From positions 197,904,001 to 197,968,000 of the forward strand of contig OZ024740.1 of NCBI GenBank assembly GCA_964016885.1: DNA of 64,000 nucleotides, read 5' to 3'. Shown here one piece after another: positions 27,417 through 40,349 of this stretch (its first letter is position 1; each line of letters opens with the position of its first letter). This DNA comes from Eledone cirrhosa. Lineage: Eukaryota. The notes beneath the pieces are model-generated. The model did no database searches, was not told where the DNA came from, and saw nothing but the letters and a program-made list of their open reading frames with translations. A program made the position numbers and the translations under genes.

Positions 27417-28968
27417 GCAGGAATATGAAAGGCTCACAGGAGCAAAACAAAACCCGGACAAGTCTGTCGGTTTGCAACTCGGAACGTGGAGAGGCAAACC
27501 GATGACGTCCGACAGTGTCGTTGGACGCTGGACGGACGGACCGGTGAAATTGCTCGCGGTCTGGTTCGGTTCAGACCCCCAGGTGGAGAAAAACTGGAAC
27601 GAGGTCACGGCCAAGGTGTTTGCGCTCACCCAGAAGTGGGCAGTGTGCAAACTGTCCTTGAAAGGTCGATCGGAGGTGGCGAACACTTTCATAGCATCTG
27701 TCATCTCCTTCCGCTTGACTGTCGTGCCTTGTCCCCGTGAACACCTCGCCAAGATGGATCGCATGCTCTTCCAGTTTCTGTGGAAGTAGCAGGCTCCGCT
27801 GGTGAGGTGATCCGTCTGCTGTCAGCACCCTTCCAACGGAGGGCTGGGAAAGCCGTGGCTGATGATGCGCAATTATGCGCTGATACTGCGGCATCTCCAG
27901 GTATTCCTCACCGACCCCCAACCGGTGTGGGCACGATTTGTGAGACAGGCTTCACCGCAGCTCGTCTCGCTGACGGAGCTGCAGTCCCGGGTCAAGAAAA
28001 GACCGAAAACGATGGGCACCTGGCACATTGAATGTGCTCAGGCGCTCACAGTTCTCTGGCAACGGGCACAGCAATCAGTGGAGACTCCACTTCGACATTC
28101 TATAGAGGGATTGTACGTTACAAGGGCGACGACGTGCTCGGAGAGACTCTGGGCGTCGAAGTCGATCAGCTCACCAGTCTGTTTGGTAGGACTTTCTGCC
28201 CGGGATCTATGGACAACTTCCAGAGGTCCCTGGCCTGGCAGTGCTACCGAGGAGCTCTACCAGTTCGTGACAAGATCTACAGGCACGGAGGCCCCGGCAG
28301 GGATCCTTCCAAGAGGACGTGTCCAAGATGCTCAATTGTACACTGCCCGGGCGTACCCGACCTGTGGAACTATGCAGAACAACTGCTGTCGCGTATGGGA
28401 CAAATCCAGTTGACTGCCGAGTCCATAGTAAGGATCAAACCGCCAGCCTCTTTCAAAAACGAAAGAGAGGCGGTTTTCCTCTGTACAGTGGCTATGGTCA
28501 AAGAGGTTATATGGTGGACGAGATTGAGAGGAATGAGGACAGATGCCTTTCTCTCCGGACAACAATTGATTCCCTTCTTTAAGTATCACTTTAGAAGGAG
28601 AATAAGGGTGGAGAGAGAGGCACTGCACCCCAGTAAATTTACTGAAAGGTGGGTGAATGAAGCGAAAATGACCCGATGAGATTAGGCCTTCTCTGTTTAT
28701 AAGCTTGTAGTTTAAAGAAGAGAGCAAAAAGAAGAAAGGTGCACTTGCACAACACGCTCCTGAAGGTGAGGGTTGTTCTATCGACGGGGTACTAAACGAC
28801 CCATTTGTGGCGTTTCCACCATCTTGGGGATTTCGATTGTTATAATTGTTTGTTTTATATTTTTTACACGACTGTATGTAAAATCCCCGGCATGTCTTTG
28901 TAATGTCCCATTTTCTTATGCGCCCTTGTGGAAAATAAAGAAATGTATCTATCTATCTATCTATCTAT
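27417..28968 (+). mobile_element. 5'-truncated Tx1 family B copy (B3), tandem duplicate of B2
   Basis: Same 5' breakpoint (GCAGGAATATGAAAGGCTC) and shared lesions with B2. Confidence 0.92.
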
Positions 28969-29372
28969 CCATTCCATTCTTTAAGTATCACTTTAGAAGG
29001 AGAATCAGGGTGGAGAGAGAGGCACTGCACCCCAGTAAATTTACTGAAAGGTGGGTGAATGAAGCGAAAATGGCCCGAGTGATTGGGCCTTCTCTGTTTA
29101 TAAGCCTGTAGGTTGAGGAAGAGAGCAAAAGGAAGAAAGGAGCACTTGCACAACACGCTCCTGCAGTTGAGGGTTGTTCTATCGACGGGGTATTAAACAA
29201 CCCATTTGTGGCGCCTCCCCCCTATTGGGGATTTCGATTGTTGAAATTGTTTGTTTTTATATTTTTTACACGACTGTATGTAAAATCCCCAGCATGTCTT
29301 TGTATTGTCCTCTTTCTTGTTGCGCCCTTGTGGCAAATAAAGAAATCTATCTATCTATCCATTAAATCTATC
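28969..29372 (+). mobile_element. Short 5'-truncated Tx1 family B copy (B4)
   Basis: ORF2 C-terminus (FFKYHFRRR...FISL*), 3' UTR, ATCT tail. Confidence 0.9.
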
Positions 29373-29486
29373 TAAATAACTTTCTTCAAAGTCGTTCCAT
29401 GACTATCGCTTCTTGTTTTCAAACATTCCTGCACCCATAACAACAACAACAACGACAACGACTACTACTACTACTACTACTACTAC

Positions 29487-29713
29487 TAATAATAATGTTT
29501 CTACTTTTGGTACAAGGCCAGCAATTATCCCATAATAATTGTTTCTACTTTAGGCACAAGGCCAGCAATTACCCAGTACATTACTGGTACTTTATTTTAT
29601 CGACCCCGTAAGGATGAAAGGCAAAGTTAACCTTGGCGGGATTTGAACTCAGACTGTAAAGGGACGTAGCTATGCTAGAAAACATGGCGTCCAACCCTCT
29701 ACCGATACTGCCA
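29487..29713 (-). mobile_element. Meta-domain tRNA-SINE with duplicated 3' end and (ATT)(TAG)(TTG) tail
   Basis: A/B boxes and GCCTTTCATCCTTACGGGGTCGATAAAATAAAGTACCAG on minus strand. Confidence 0.85.
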
Positions 29714-32700
29714 TTGGCCACAAGGGCCGACATATAGGGGACAATACAAAAGACTGGGACAGTGGGGTTTTACAGAAAAATCGAGTAAACAATATGAATA
29801 ACAATAACAAAGTAACAATAAAATTACAAGAAAACATTCTCCAATAGGGGAGATGACCACCCAGGGTTCGCTCAGGTACCCCACCAATCCTGAACGACCC
29901 GACGCTTTGAGAGCACCCTGGAAGGGCACCCCTCTCCTCCTCAAATTTACCTACCTACAGCCGCATGACCAGAGTAGGCCCACTCACACGGGCCATTCTC
30001 GCCACATTCACCCACCTTTCAGCAAATGTACTGGGGGGCAGCACTTCTCTCTCCACCCTCACCTTCCTTTCCAAGTGAAACTTGAAAAAGTTGATGAGGG
30101 ATTGGGCGAAGAGAAAAGTGTCTGTCTTCAGTCCTTTCAACCTTGTCCACCATACAACCTCTTTCGCTACTGCCACCAGACAGAGGAAAATTGCCTGCCC
30201 TTCCTGGCCAAAAGAAGGCGGCGGGTCGATCTTCACTATGGACTCGGCCGATAGCCGGATCCGTTCTACACGCGACAACAGCTGTTCAACATAACTCTAC
30301 GAGTCAGTAATGCACGGACACTGGACGAGTGCCTGAAGAACGGTTTCGTCGCTCTGCGCGCATCTCGGGCAGGTCCGTCTGACAGCACTTCGTGCCTGTA
30401 TTAGAGGGTGCTGGCAGCAGATGGACCGCCTCAGCAGCGGGACCTGACCCCTCCACAAGAATTTGAAGAGGGGCCGCTCCAAGATGGCGAGGCGCGAACG
30501 GGGGCAAGGGACGACAGTCAGACGGTAGTAGATGACGGACGCGATGTACGCGTTCGCCACCTCCGCCCGACATTTCAGTGATAGCTTCATCCCAGCCCAT
30601 TTCTGGGTGAGACTGGCTACCCTGCCCGTCACCTCGCCCTAATTCTTATCCATCTGGCGGTCTGGCCCGAACCCAACCCCTAGCAACTTTACCGGTCCGT
30701 CCGTCCAGCGCCTAACGACGCTGTTGGACGGCATGGACTTGCCTCCCCAGGTGCCGAGTTGCAAGCCCACTGACTTTTCCGGGTTAAGTTTTATTCCCGT
30801 CAACCTTTCATATTCCTCCAATAAGTTGTCGACCACCTCGATTTCTGAGGTGTCCGACACCATCACGGTGATGTCGTCCGCATAAGCTGACACAGCCTTT
30901 CCGCGTCCCGGTTCGAGCGGGATGCCCTGCAACAGCTCCAGCTTCCACAGTACAGGCTCTAGAATCAATACGTACAGAAGGGAGGAAAGAGGGCACCCTT
31001 GACAGACCGATCGGGAGACCTGAAACGGTTCCGAGAGGTGGCCATTAATTTTGACCATCGAGCAGGTGCCGCTGTGCATTGCAGCGATCCAGCTTCTGAA
31101 GATGGGGCCGAAGCCAGCCGCCTTGACGACAGCCTCCAGGTACCGATGGTCGACCCTATCGAATGCTTTCGATTGATCTAAATTGATCAGAGCCCCACCG
31201 AAGCCAGGTTTACACCCTACTCTCTCTGTGGTGTATCGCATTAGGTGGAGATTGTCGTGTATGGACCTGGTTGGGATTGCGCAAGTTTGCGCCTCCCCAA
31301 CTAAATCCCCGACGACAAGCGCCAACCTCTTCGCTAACACCCTGGCCAAAATCTTAAACTCTGTGTTGAACAGAGTTATGGGCCTGAAATTGTCTAATGT
31401 GTCCCTCTTGTTCTCGTCTTTCCTTATCAGCGTCACTACGCCCCGGCTCACAGAACTGGGAATGCTCCCGTTTTGCTGCCAGTTGCAGTAGAGGGCTTCG
31501 AGGAGATTGGAGAACAAGTCTGGCATATTTACGTAAAGCTCGTAGGGCAGACCATCCAAACTGGGTGACTTGCGCCTCATGCAGCGGACAAGGGCATCCT
31601 GAATCTAGGCTGAAGTAATTGGCCTTTCGCAGTGCCCGGCGTCAGCCGTCGAGAGTTGCGGCAAGCCATCGAGATAGGGACTGAAGTCCGCCACCATCTC
31701 TGACCCGCCACTTCCCCCGAACAACCGAGCAAAATGTTGGCGAAAGGCCTCACACATCCTCTTGGAATCGCTCAGCTCGTGCCCGTCTCGGTCCGTCAAA
31801 GACCGAATCGTGGTTTTATTACCACGCTGCGCCTCTGCAACGCGGGCCCATCGAACAGCTTTGGTTCCCTCGTTTCTCAGAGCCCGCGCTTTATCTCTGA
31901 CAATGCAACCTTCGTGTTTCGCATTGAAGAAATGGTCTAATGCCATTCTCGCCGCTAGCACGTCAGTTGCAATGCCACTACAAATAGCCTCGTCTAACTT
32001 ATCTACCAACTCCCCCTCCTTTCTATTTTTCTCTAACGCTACTTCTTTGCTAAACTCTATCGACATTACTCTAATCTCTCTTTTGAGATCCCCCCACCAT
32101 CTATTGTTGACGACTCCCCCTGTCAACTTTTTATTAACTAAATTGTTGACCTGGTCCCTGTAAGCCTTATGTGCCGGAAATGACATGTTTAGCTTCCAGT
32201 AACCAGGTCCTAACCTACGCGTCTTATCTAGGTCGACCATACAGATCACAAACTTGTGATCTGAATAGGCGACCGTTTCAAAACGTGGACAGCTTACACT
32301 ATTTCTGTCTATTTTCCTAATGATTATCCTGTCTATATACGATCTAGATGACCCTATGCGGTTAGCCCAGGTCCACACTGGCGCATTAGGGAAATCTAGT
32401 CGGTACCTGTCAGACAGTTGGAACTGGCTGATCAGTTTCTTGAGGCTTTTGCACCCCCCGCTCCTATTGGATACTCCTACACAGTCCCAGCGTGCGTCTA
32501 AGATGCCGTTCCAGTCCCCCGCTAACAGTAAAGGGTGAGACGTACCCAGAAAGGCTTTCATGCGTCTAAAGAAGTCCGGCCGTCCTGCCCCAGTAGGAGC
32601 TTAGACGGCCACCAGTCTAAAGGCACCACCGTTATTGTTCACGTCCAGGACCACCAACTTCCCGTCCGGGTCTCGGAAGATCGACCTTACCTCGAGATCC

Positions 32701-35084
32701 AGGCCTTTCCTAAACAGCACTGCCACCCCGCCTCCCATTCCCGGCCGGCTAACAGATGCAAAGATCTGATAGTCGTCGAAAATAGGGGCTAGTGCGCGCG
32801 TGTCGGAAATCCAGGTCTCGCTGACTGCAATTACATCCAATTCTATAGACCTGAGGTCGTTGAGCAGGTGACCCTGCTTCCAGGACGATCCCAGGCCTCG
32901 AACATTTAAACATCCTACTCTTAATACGGCCATGTTGGCAGGTTAAACAGAGAGAGAGGAAGGTTTACTTACCTTCCGGGCTCTTGTGAAGGTCGGGTTG
33001 TTCGACCTCCATAGTTGGTGGGGTTTCTTTTGGGAACCTCTTTAAAAGTATTGAAGTGGGCTTTACGTTCGGGGTTTCCACGTTCCGAGGAAAGCTGGCT
33101 CGTATTTCTTTGAATATGTCGAGCGACATTCGCACCAGAACCAAATCTTTCGGCACGCGAAATGTGCTCGATTTAAACATTTTCCCCTCTTTTTGTATAT
33201 TTTCACTTCGTGCTTCGAGAGCCATCAGTTCCTTGTTGGCACTCCTGACGAGCACGAAGTTTTGTATGTTTTGTTGGTGTGATTTTATTGTTTGTGTGGT
33301 TGTGGTGGTGATGGTTTTGGTGGTGTTGTTTCGGTTGAATCTGTGTTTGTTGTGAGTGCGGTGTCTGTGATTTCAGATGTTTGTGTGTATATTTGTTCTT
33401 GCGTCTGTTTCGGTTGTTTGCGTTTGGGGGATTCTGGTGATGGTGATGGTGGTGTTGATGTTGGTGTTATTGGAGATATGTTTGTGTGGGTGGTGTCTGC
33501 GTTTTTATTGTGTGTGCTTTTGTGCTTTGTTGAGTTTTCTTTTTCTTTTTGTGTTTTCTTTTTTGTATTTTGGGGGATTTGGTTTTCCCTCATTTTCACT
33601 ACTGGTAGATGAGGGGTCTGTGTCTGTAAATGTGTCTGTATGTATGTTTATGGTTTTATTGGGAGGAGGGGGAATTTGACAACTTTCCTCGTTTCCCCTC
33701 TGGGTAGTCAATGTTGGTGATGGTCTTTCTATTGGTGTTGTTGTTGGTGGATTTGCCGGTGCTGGTGTTGGTTGTGGTCCTCGCCCCGGCGTCGGCAGCA
33801 GTGGAGCCTTTCGACCCCTTATCTATTTCAGCATTTGAGGGCAGAAGGCTCGCAAATGGGTTTTTTCCCCACAAACAAAACACTGCGGCCTTTTGCCTTC
33901 GGTCATAATGTGAATGACCGACCCATTCTGAAGGCGGATGTGGCCCGGGATTGTCTTCACATTCTCGGGCCTGATATGGAGAAGGATCTCCAGGTCAACC
34001 CCGGACCAGTCCTCTCTGGCCGTTCTGGTCACTTCTATAGGGACGGTATCCGTCCCCTCCACAATCACACATCCCAGAAGCCACCACATGTCAAGTCCTG
34101 GTAGGATTCTGGGAATGCGGAGACGGGCCGTTCTTTTTCCCATGTGGGAGGGGTACATTATGACCTTGCTGGTTTTGCAAGGAGTCATAGCGTGTTTCAT
34201 AGCGAGGGCTTCTGACTTGAACATCACCGAAATGGTGCCATACTGTCTGCCCCTCTCTATGTACTGTGTCTCTTCTCTGATGCACCTCAGCGCGACTTCG
34301 ACATCTTGTGGGATTAAAGCTGCCCTTTTGGTTTGTGCTGAGATGCATCTATAATGCACCGTTCTGCGCCCCACTGCCTCAATATCTTCTACGGGGACAG
34401 TTAAGTTGGCCCAAGTTTGCTCTTGCTTGATGAGCTTCCATGCCTGGGCCAACATTTCATCTTTGTTTGAGAGGTCCATGTTGAAGCATGACCTCTTTTT
34501 TTTTTGCTGCTGCCGCAGCGAAAGTGTTCTTCCTGTTTTCGTTGGGGATGTTGTGGTCGTTGTGGTTCTTCTTGTTGGTGTTGTTGTTAGCACTGTCGCT
34601 GTTATCATTGTTGTCTTTGTTGCCACGGTTGTTCTCGGTGCAGTTGGTATTGTTGCTGTTGGTGTTGTCGCTATTTGTTTTCATGTTAGTGGTGTTGATA
34701 TTGTTGTTGTATTTGTTATTTTTTTTTTGTTATCTGTATTTTCGTTGTCGCTGTTACTGTTATTTTTTTCAAAATTAGAGTTCTCATTGGTATCATTGGT
34801 GACTTTGTTTACCTTGTTTGTGGTGGTGTTTGTGTTATCAATGTGTGTTAATTTCGCTGTAGCGCTCCTCTCAACTTCTACATCGTTGTCTCTGGGGGAC
34901 GTTGCTCAGCCATGTTTTATTTTTCCGTAAATTTTTAACATGTAAAAAGGCCCAAATATTATACTTTCCCCTTCACGGGGCAAGGTATAAGGGCTAACAC
35001 AAGAAGACATATTTAACAAGAAATAATTTTAGCAGGCAAATAAAGCGACTTACTAGCAGCGAGCAAAATACGTCTGCTTAGACC
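29714..35084 (-). mobile_element. Near full-length Tx1-clade LINE family C, 5' end at (AAT)n; defective ORF1 (about 34913-32965) and ORF2 (32933-29955)
   Basis: ORF1 TEGKRPQCFVCGEKTHLRAFC; ORF2 CLNVRGL, GDWN, SDHK, KAFDRV, AYADD; internal deletion near 30400; 3' end cut inside the poly(A) signal at the SINE. Confidence 0.92.
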
Positions 35085-35111
35085 AATAATAATAATAATA
35101 ATAATAATAAT

Positions 35112-38100
35112 GATTTCTTTATTGGCCACAAGGGCTGACATCAAGAAAAACGTTACAGACTGTACAGCGCGGTACAGGACGGTACGATGTGAGTTTTGTG
35201 CGTGTAAAGATTTTTATTATTTATATAGGAAAAGGAAAAGACAAAAAAGACATAGAAACATATATATATGTTTCTATGCAGCGCCACCGTTCCTCGGCTC
35301 ACAGAGCTTGGAATTCTCCCTTCTGTTGCCAGGTGCAGTAGACGTACGCCAAGAGGCCTCCGAACGAGTCTGGCATCTGTACGTAAAGTTCATAGGGCAG
35401 ACCATCCAAACCAGGCGATTTACCCCTTGTGCAGCCAGTCATTGCCTCCCGTACTTCAGCGGCTGTTATCGGCTTTTCGCAACACTCCGCCTCAGTGGGC
35501 GAGAGCCGCGGCAGACCGTCGAGGTAGACACTAAAGTCTATCCCTCGATCCGGTCTGCTGCTGCCCCCGAACAGCTGAGCGAAGTGTCGCTGAAAAAGCT
35601 TCACACATTTGCACCGGATCGTGGCTTTGTTGCCACGACGCGCCTCTGCCCCTCGGGCCCATTGAACGGCTTTTGTCCCCTCGTGTCTGAGAGTAGCACC
35701 CTAGCTCTGACAACGCAGCCTTCGTGCTTTGCATTGAAGAATTGGCCAAGGGCCAACTTCGCCGCAAGCACGTCGGTCGCGATGCCTTTACTAAGCGCCT
35801 CGTCTAATTTTCTAACTAGTTCTCCGTCTGCTGTATTTGTCTCTATTGCTAAAGCCTTACCAAACCTAATGGACTCTATTCTAATCGCTCTATTCAGAGC
35901 AAACCACCATTTGTTGTTGACGATGGCTCCCGTCAACGCCCGTTTAACTAGTTCACTAATCCGGTCTCTGTAGGCTTTGCGCGCTGGTAAGGACGCGTTT
36001 AGCTTCCAGTAGTCGGGTCCCTGTCTATGAAGCCTATCTAAGTCAACCTCACAGATCACGAATTACTGGTCCGTGTAGTCGACTATTTTGAAATGTGGAC
36101 AGCCTATACTAGACCTATCTATTTCCATACAAAATACCCTATCTAGATATGATCTGAATGACCCGATGCGGTTTGTCCATGTCCACATTGGCACATGCGG
36201 TAAATCCAGACGGTACCTGTCAGACAGTTCAAACCGTCTGAGCAGGTTTGCGAGGCTTTTACATCCTCCTCCCCTATCCGCTAATCCCACACAGTCCCAG
36301 CGTGCATCTAAGATCCCGTTCCAGTCGCCCACTAACACTAAAGAGCGGGACGTCCTGTCGGGGCATAGATGGCCACTAGCCTGAAAGCTTGCCCGTCTCC
36401 GCTGGTCACATCCAGCACCACCAACTCTCCTTCTGGGTTGAGGAAGATGGCCCGTATGGCGAGATCCAAACCACCCCGAAAAAGCACAGCAACTCCTTCA
36501 CCCCCGATCCAGGACGGCTGGGAGATGCGTACACATTGTAGCTGCCGAATATCGGTGCGAAGGCCCGTGCTTCGGAGATTCTGGTCTCGCTAATGGCCAC
36601 CACATTTATGTTTAGTGACCTGATGTTGTTGAGCAGGTGGCCCTGCTTCCATGACGACCCCATGTCACGCGCATTTATGCTGCCTATTCTGAGTGAGGTC
36701 ATGTTGAAAAGGAGTGGAAAAAGATGGGAAAGACCACTTACTTCACTTTTCGTAGGGGGAGGATGATTTTCCCACCCTTCTCACTACTTGTGGCCTCCTC
36801 CGGAAGGATGTCCTTATAAATCCTCCTGGAGAGTGTTTGTCGGAAGTCTCCGATGTCCTTGGGGAATTTTTGTTTTAGTGTCGTGTACGTTTTCTGTGTG
36901 ATGCGAGTGATTTGTATGTGTGGAGGTGGTATGAATTTTTGGGGTGTTGTGTAGTCTTTTTCTGTGATGCTGGTGTTGTGTTGGATGTAGTGTAGTAATT
37001 GGTTGTTCAAATTTAATGCTGTGTAGTGTGTATCGTTTTGGTTGTTTTGTTTTGTTTGCGTTTGTTGTGGGTTTTTTTCTGTTTCGCTTTTTGGTGACCT
37101 ATGTTGTGTTGGTGATGATGGTGTTGGCGTTAATGATGGTGATGGTGTTGGTGTTTGGGGTGATGGGGTTGGTAATGCTGGTGTGGATGGTGGGTATAGC
37201 TGTCTTAACTTTTTTGTTTGTTTATTTGTTTCCCTCTGCATTTTGTTTTTGGAGGGGGAAGGAAGAGGATTTTTTCTTTTTTGGGTTCTTTTTCTTTTTT
37301 CTTTTTTTCTGATACAGTTTCCCACCCCTCGTCGTCACAATCTGTCTCCAGTTGCGATAGGTCGGGAAGTGGAAAATCCTCCACAGGCGTTGGTTGTGGC
37401 GTGGTGGATGGTGGAGGCGCTGGTGCTAATTCTAGTACGGTGGGTGGTGGTGGTGTTGGTTTTGCTACTGTTGCTGGGGTTGTTGCTGCTACAGTTGCTT
37501 CTGTTGTTGCTGCCATGTCTGCTGCTGGTGGAGTTGATGGTTGAGCCACTGGGGTGTGTAAGAGAGGTGGCCTCAACTTTTTAGCCTGAGGGCAGAAAGC
37601 CTTTAGGTGTGTTCCTTCACCACAAATGACACACCTAGGCCTTCTACCCTCAACGATTACGGTGAGGTGGCTGCTGTCATTGAGGTCTATCACCTCTGGA
37701 ATTTCCTCAATGTTTTTTTGGTCCGCTTGGATCAGGTGCTCCATCCCAGATCCGGACCAGTTCTCCTGCTTTTCTTTTGTTACTTCAATTATTTTTGTGT
37801 TGGCGTCGATGCCGTCGATGACGGCAGCCATTAGCCAGGGAATTTCGATGGCCGGTGGAACGTGGGTCACCCTAAACTTCACGAGTCTCTGACCACAATA
37901 GCTTGGGACGAGTGTGAAGTCGTCACTTCTTAATGGCTTCCCGTGGTTTTATCAAAGAACACATCCACGGTTCCATATTCCTGCCCACGTCTGATGTGAG
38001 TTTTATTCGCCCACACATGTCCCAAAGCTTTTTGTATTTGGGACACGGATGCCCGTTCCACTCGGCGTGATTTTGTGTTTATCGTCCGATATGACACGGT

Positions 38101-38141
38101 GCATAGGCGCCAGTGCTCCATTTTATTAGGTGTGTGTGTAT

Positions 38142-38172
<31 letters not shown>

Positions 38173-39006
38173 TTAAGCTGAGCCTGTACCCATCTTTATT
38201 TTCCAATCTCTTGGCTTCATTTAATTAATCCTGGCTTACCTCGATTGTTTCGCTTTTCTTGGCTGCTTTGGCAAACGAGGTATTTGGTTTTGCGGTGGTG
38301 TTGATGTTGTTGCTGTTGTTGTTATTGTTATTTTTAGTTTCAGTTGTGGTGGAGGTGGTGGTGGTGTCAGTGGTGTTCGGCGTGGAAGAGTTGTTTCTGG
38401 GTGAATCCATTTCGATGTCACGAGATAATAATTTTTTTTTGTTTCTGTTGACGCTGTGGTGGTTGTGCTGGTGGTGGTGGTGGTGGTATCAGTGGTGTTC
38501 GTTGTTCTTTTTGACATTGTGGTGGTGGAGGTGGCGGCTTTAACACCTGCAGTTATTGGTAATGGCGGGAAATCCATGTCTTTTTGCGACAAATCTAAAT
38601 AATTGAGACTGCTATTAATTATATTTTCAGTGTTGGCAACCATGGTAAGGCTTACAATGGTGTTGGAGTTGGTGATCGTGGGGGAGAGGGATGTTGGTTT
38701 GTTAAAAACAGGAAATTCGTCGTCCATGTTTTTTTTTCAAAGAAATATTTTGTTTGATAAATAAAAGTTTATAAAATAATAACAATAATAATTTTTTTTT
38801 TTTTTCTTCAAAGAAATATTTTGTTTGATAAATAAAAGTTTAAGTTTTTGGGCTCAAGGCCCCACTATTTTTGTGTTCTTTTCAGAAAGCAATATATGTG
38901 ATCTTATAAACACCTAACAAAATTTTTTCCATAACTGGAAATTTGAAACAACTGAAAACAAACCTTTACGGAGCTCACGATAATACGATTTCCTACGTAG
39001 GTCGCC
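35112..39006 (-). mobile_element. Tx1-clade LINE family D with RT domain deleted; (ATT)n tail and (AAT)n at 5' end
   Basis: ORF1 VEGRRPRCVICGEGTHLKAFC; ORF2 from 36702 with APE motifs, cut at about 35279 and joined to 3' end CCCTTGTGGCCAATAAAGAAATC(ATT)n. Confidence 0.9.
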
Positions 39007-39074
<68 letters not shown>

Positions 39075-39075
<1 letters not shown>

Positions 39076-39487
39076 AAAATTACCAAGCCAACATAATAAA
39101 AAATGGATGCAGCCCATTATGCCGTGTATGCAAAAAACAACCAGAGACCATTGACCATATAATTTCAATGTGCAGTCCTATAGCTCCAACCGAATACCTA
39201 AACAGGCATGACAGAGCTGCACAATACATACATTGGATAATGTGTAAGCATTTTGATCTGCCACATCAAAAGAATTGGTGGGAGCATCAACCACTTCCCA
39301 TACTTGAAAAAGATCACATCTCAATCTTATGGAACTTTAGCATCCAAACAGACCGAAAAATAGATGCAAATAGACCTGATATAATATTGAAGGACTTTAA
39401 AAAGAGGGTATGCCTGCTAATTGATATGTCTGTTCCAATAGACAAGAATGTATCTATAAAAACATTTGAAAAATTGAGCAAGTATAA
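39075..39487 (+). mobile_element. Internal fragment of the R4/Dong LINE (CCHC and RLE domain) inside (AAT)n
   Basis: Near-identical to 46311-46723. Confidence 0.9.
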
Positions 39488-39496
39488 TAATAATAA

Positions 39497-40113
39497 TAAT
39501 AAAGAAAACGCACATGGTAGATATATATCGTTATGGAATTGCTCCCGTAAGTTTTTGACTTTTACTGATTTAAAACAACTGTGATAGAATAATTCTTATT
39601 ACAAATGAACAATAAGATTACAGTTTTCACGCTCAGCAAGCCATAACGCGTCACTTTACGGCATAGGGCCCTAATATTTAATATTTAATTTTGGATCAGA
39701 AATGTTATAGTCGAAAAAGAGGAAAATGGCAAAATGGGTAAATAGCTAAATGTGTACAGAGGGAAAAATAATTTCACCACCAACACCACCACCGCCACCA
39801 TAACCACTACCACGCCAAAAACTCTAGTCAAGTTACCTGAACTTTTATTTTTACTTCAACTTCAACACCATCACTACAGTACTACGATCACATCACCACC
39901 ACCACTGCCTCATTATCGCTACCGCCGCTATTCTCTCCCACTACCTCCTGCTAAGTACTACTAGCACAACACCACCACCACCACTGCCTCATTATCGCTA
40001 CCGCCACTATTCTCTCTCACTACCTCCCTCCTGCTAAGACATGCATCGTAGTGTCCCCACTAAAAGAGGAAGGCATCAAAAGATATAAATAGACTGATTT
40101 GATGACCCGGTCA
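39497..40113. repeat. Interspersed repeat, related copy at 42120-42875
   Basis: Both share GCTCCCGTAAGTTTTTGA...AATTCTTA.TACAAAT at the start and AAAAGATA.AAATA...GTGACC.GG.CA at the end, with CAC-rich middles. Confidence 0.55.
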
Positions 40114-40349
40114 AAAAAATCAAAAAACCAAAAATCAAAATCAAAGCAGCAGAGCAACAACGAAAAACGTAAAGAAAAGAAAAATGAAAAGAAAAACAAA
40201 CAGACAGACAGAGAAGGGAAAAGAAAAACTAAGTCAGACATTCAAACATTACATTACAATGAAACTTATGCTTATTCTTTTTTTTTTTTTTTACCTATTT
40301 GTTTGTTTGTTTATTTATGTTCGTCTTACAGCGTGATAGTGCCACACAA

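Noticed and set aside
25696-29372. Regularly spaced ATCT repeats with intervening sequence, superficially CRISPR-like
   Set aside because: Intervening sequences are 0.1-1.6 kb LINE 3' ends and the repeats are tails; eukaryotic context, no cas genes
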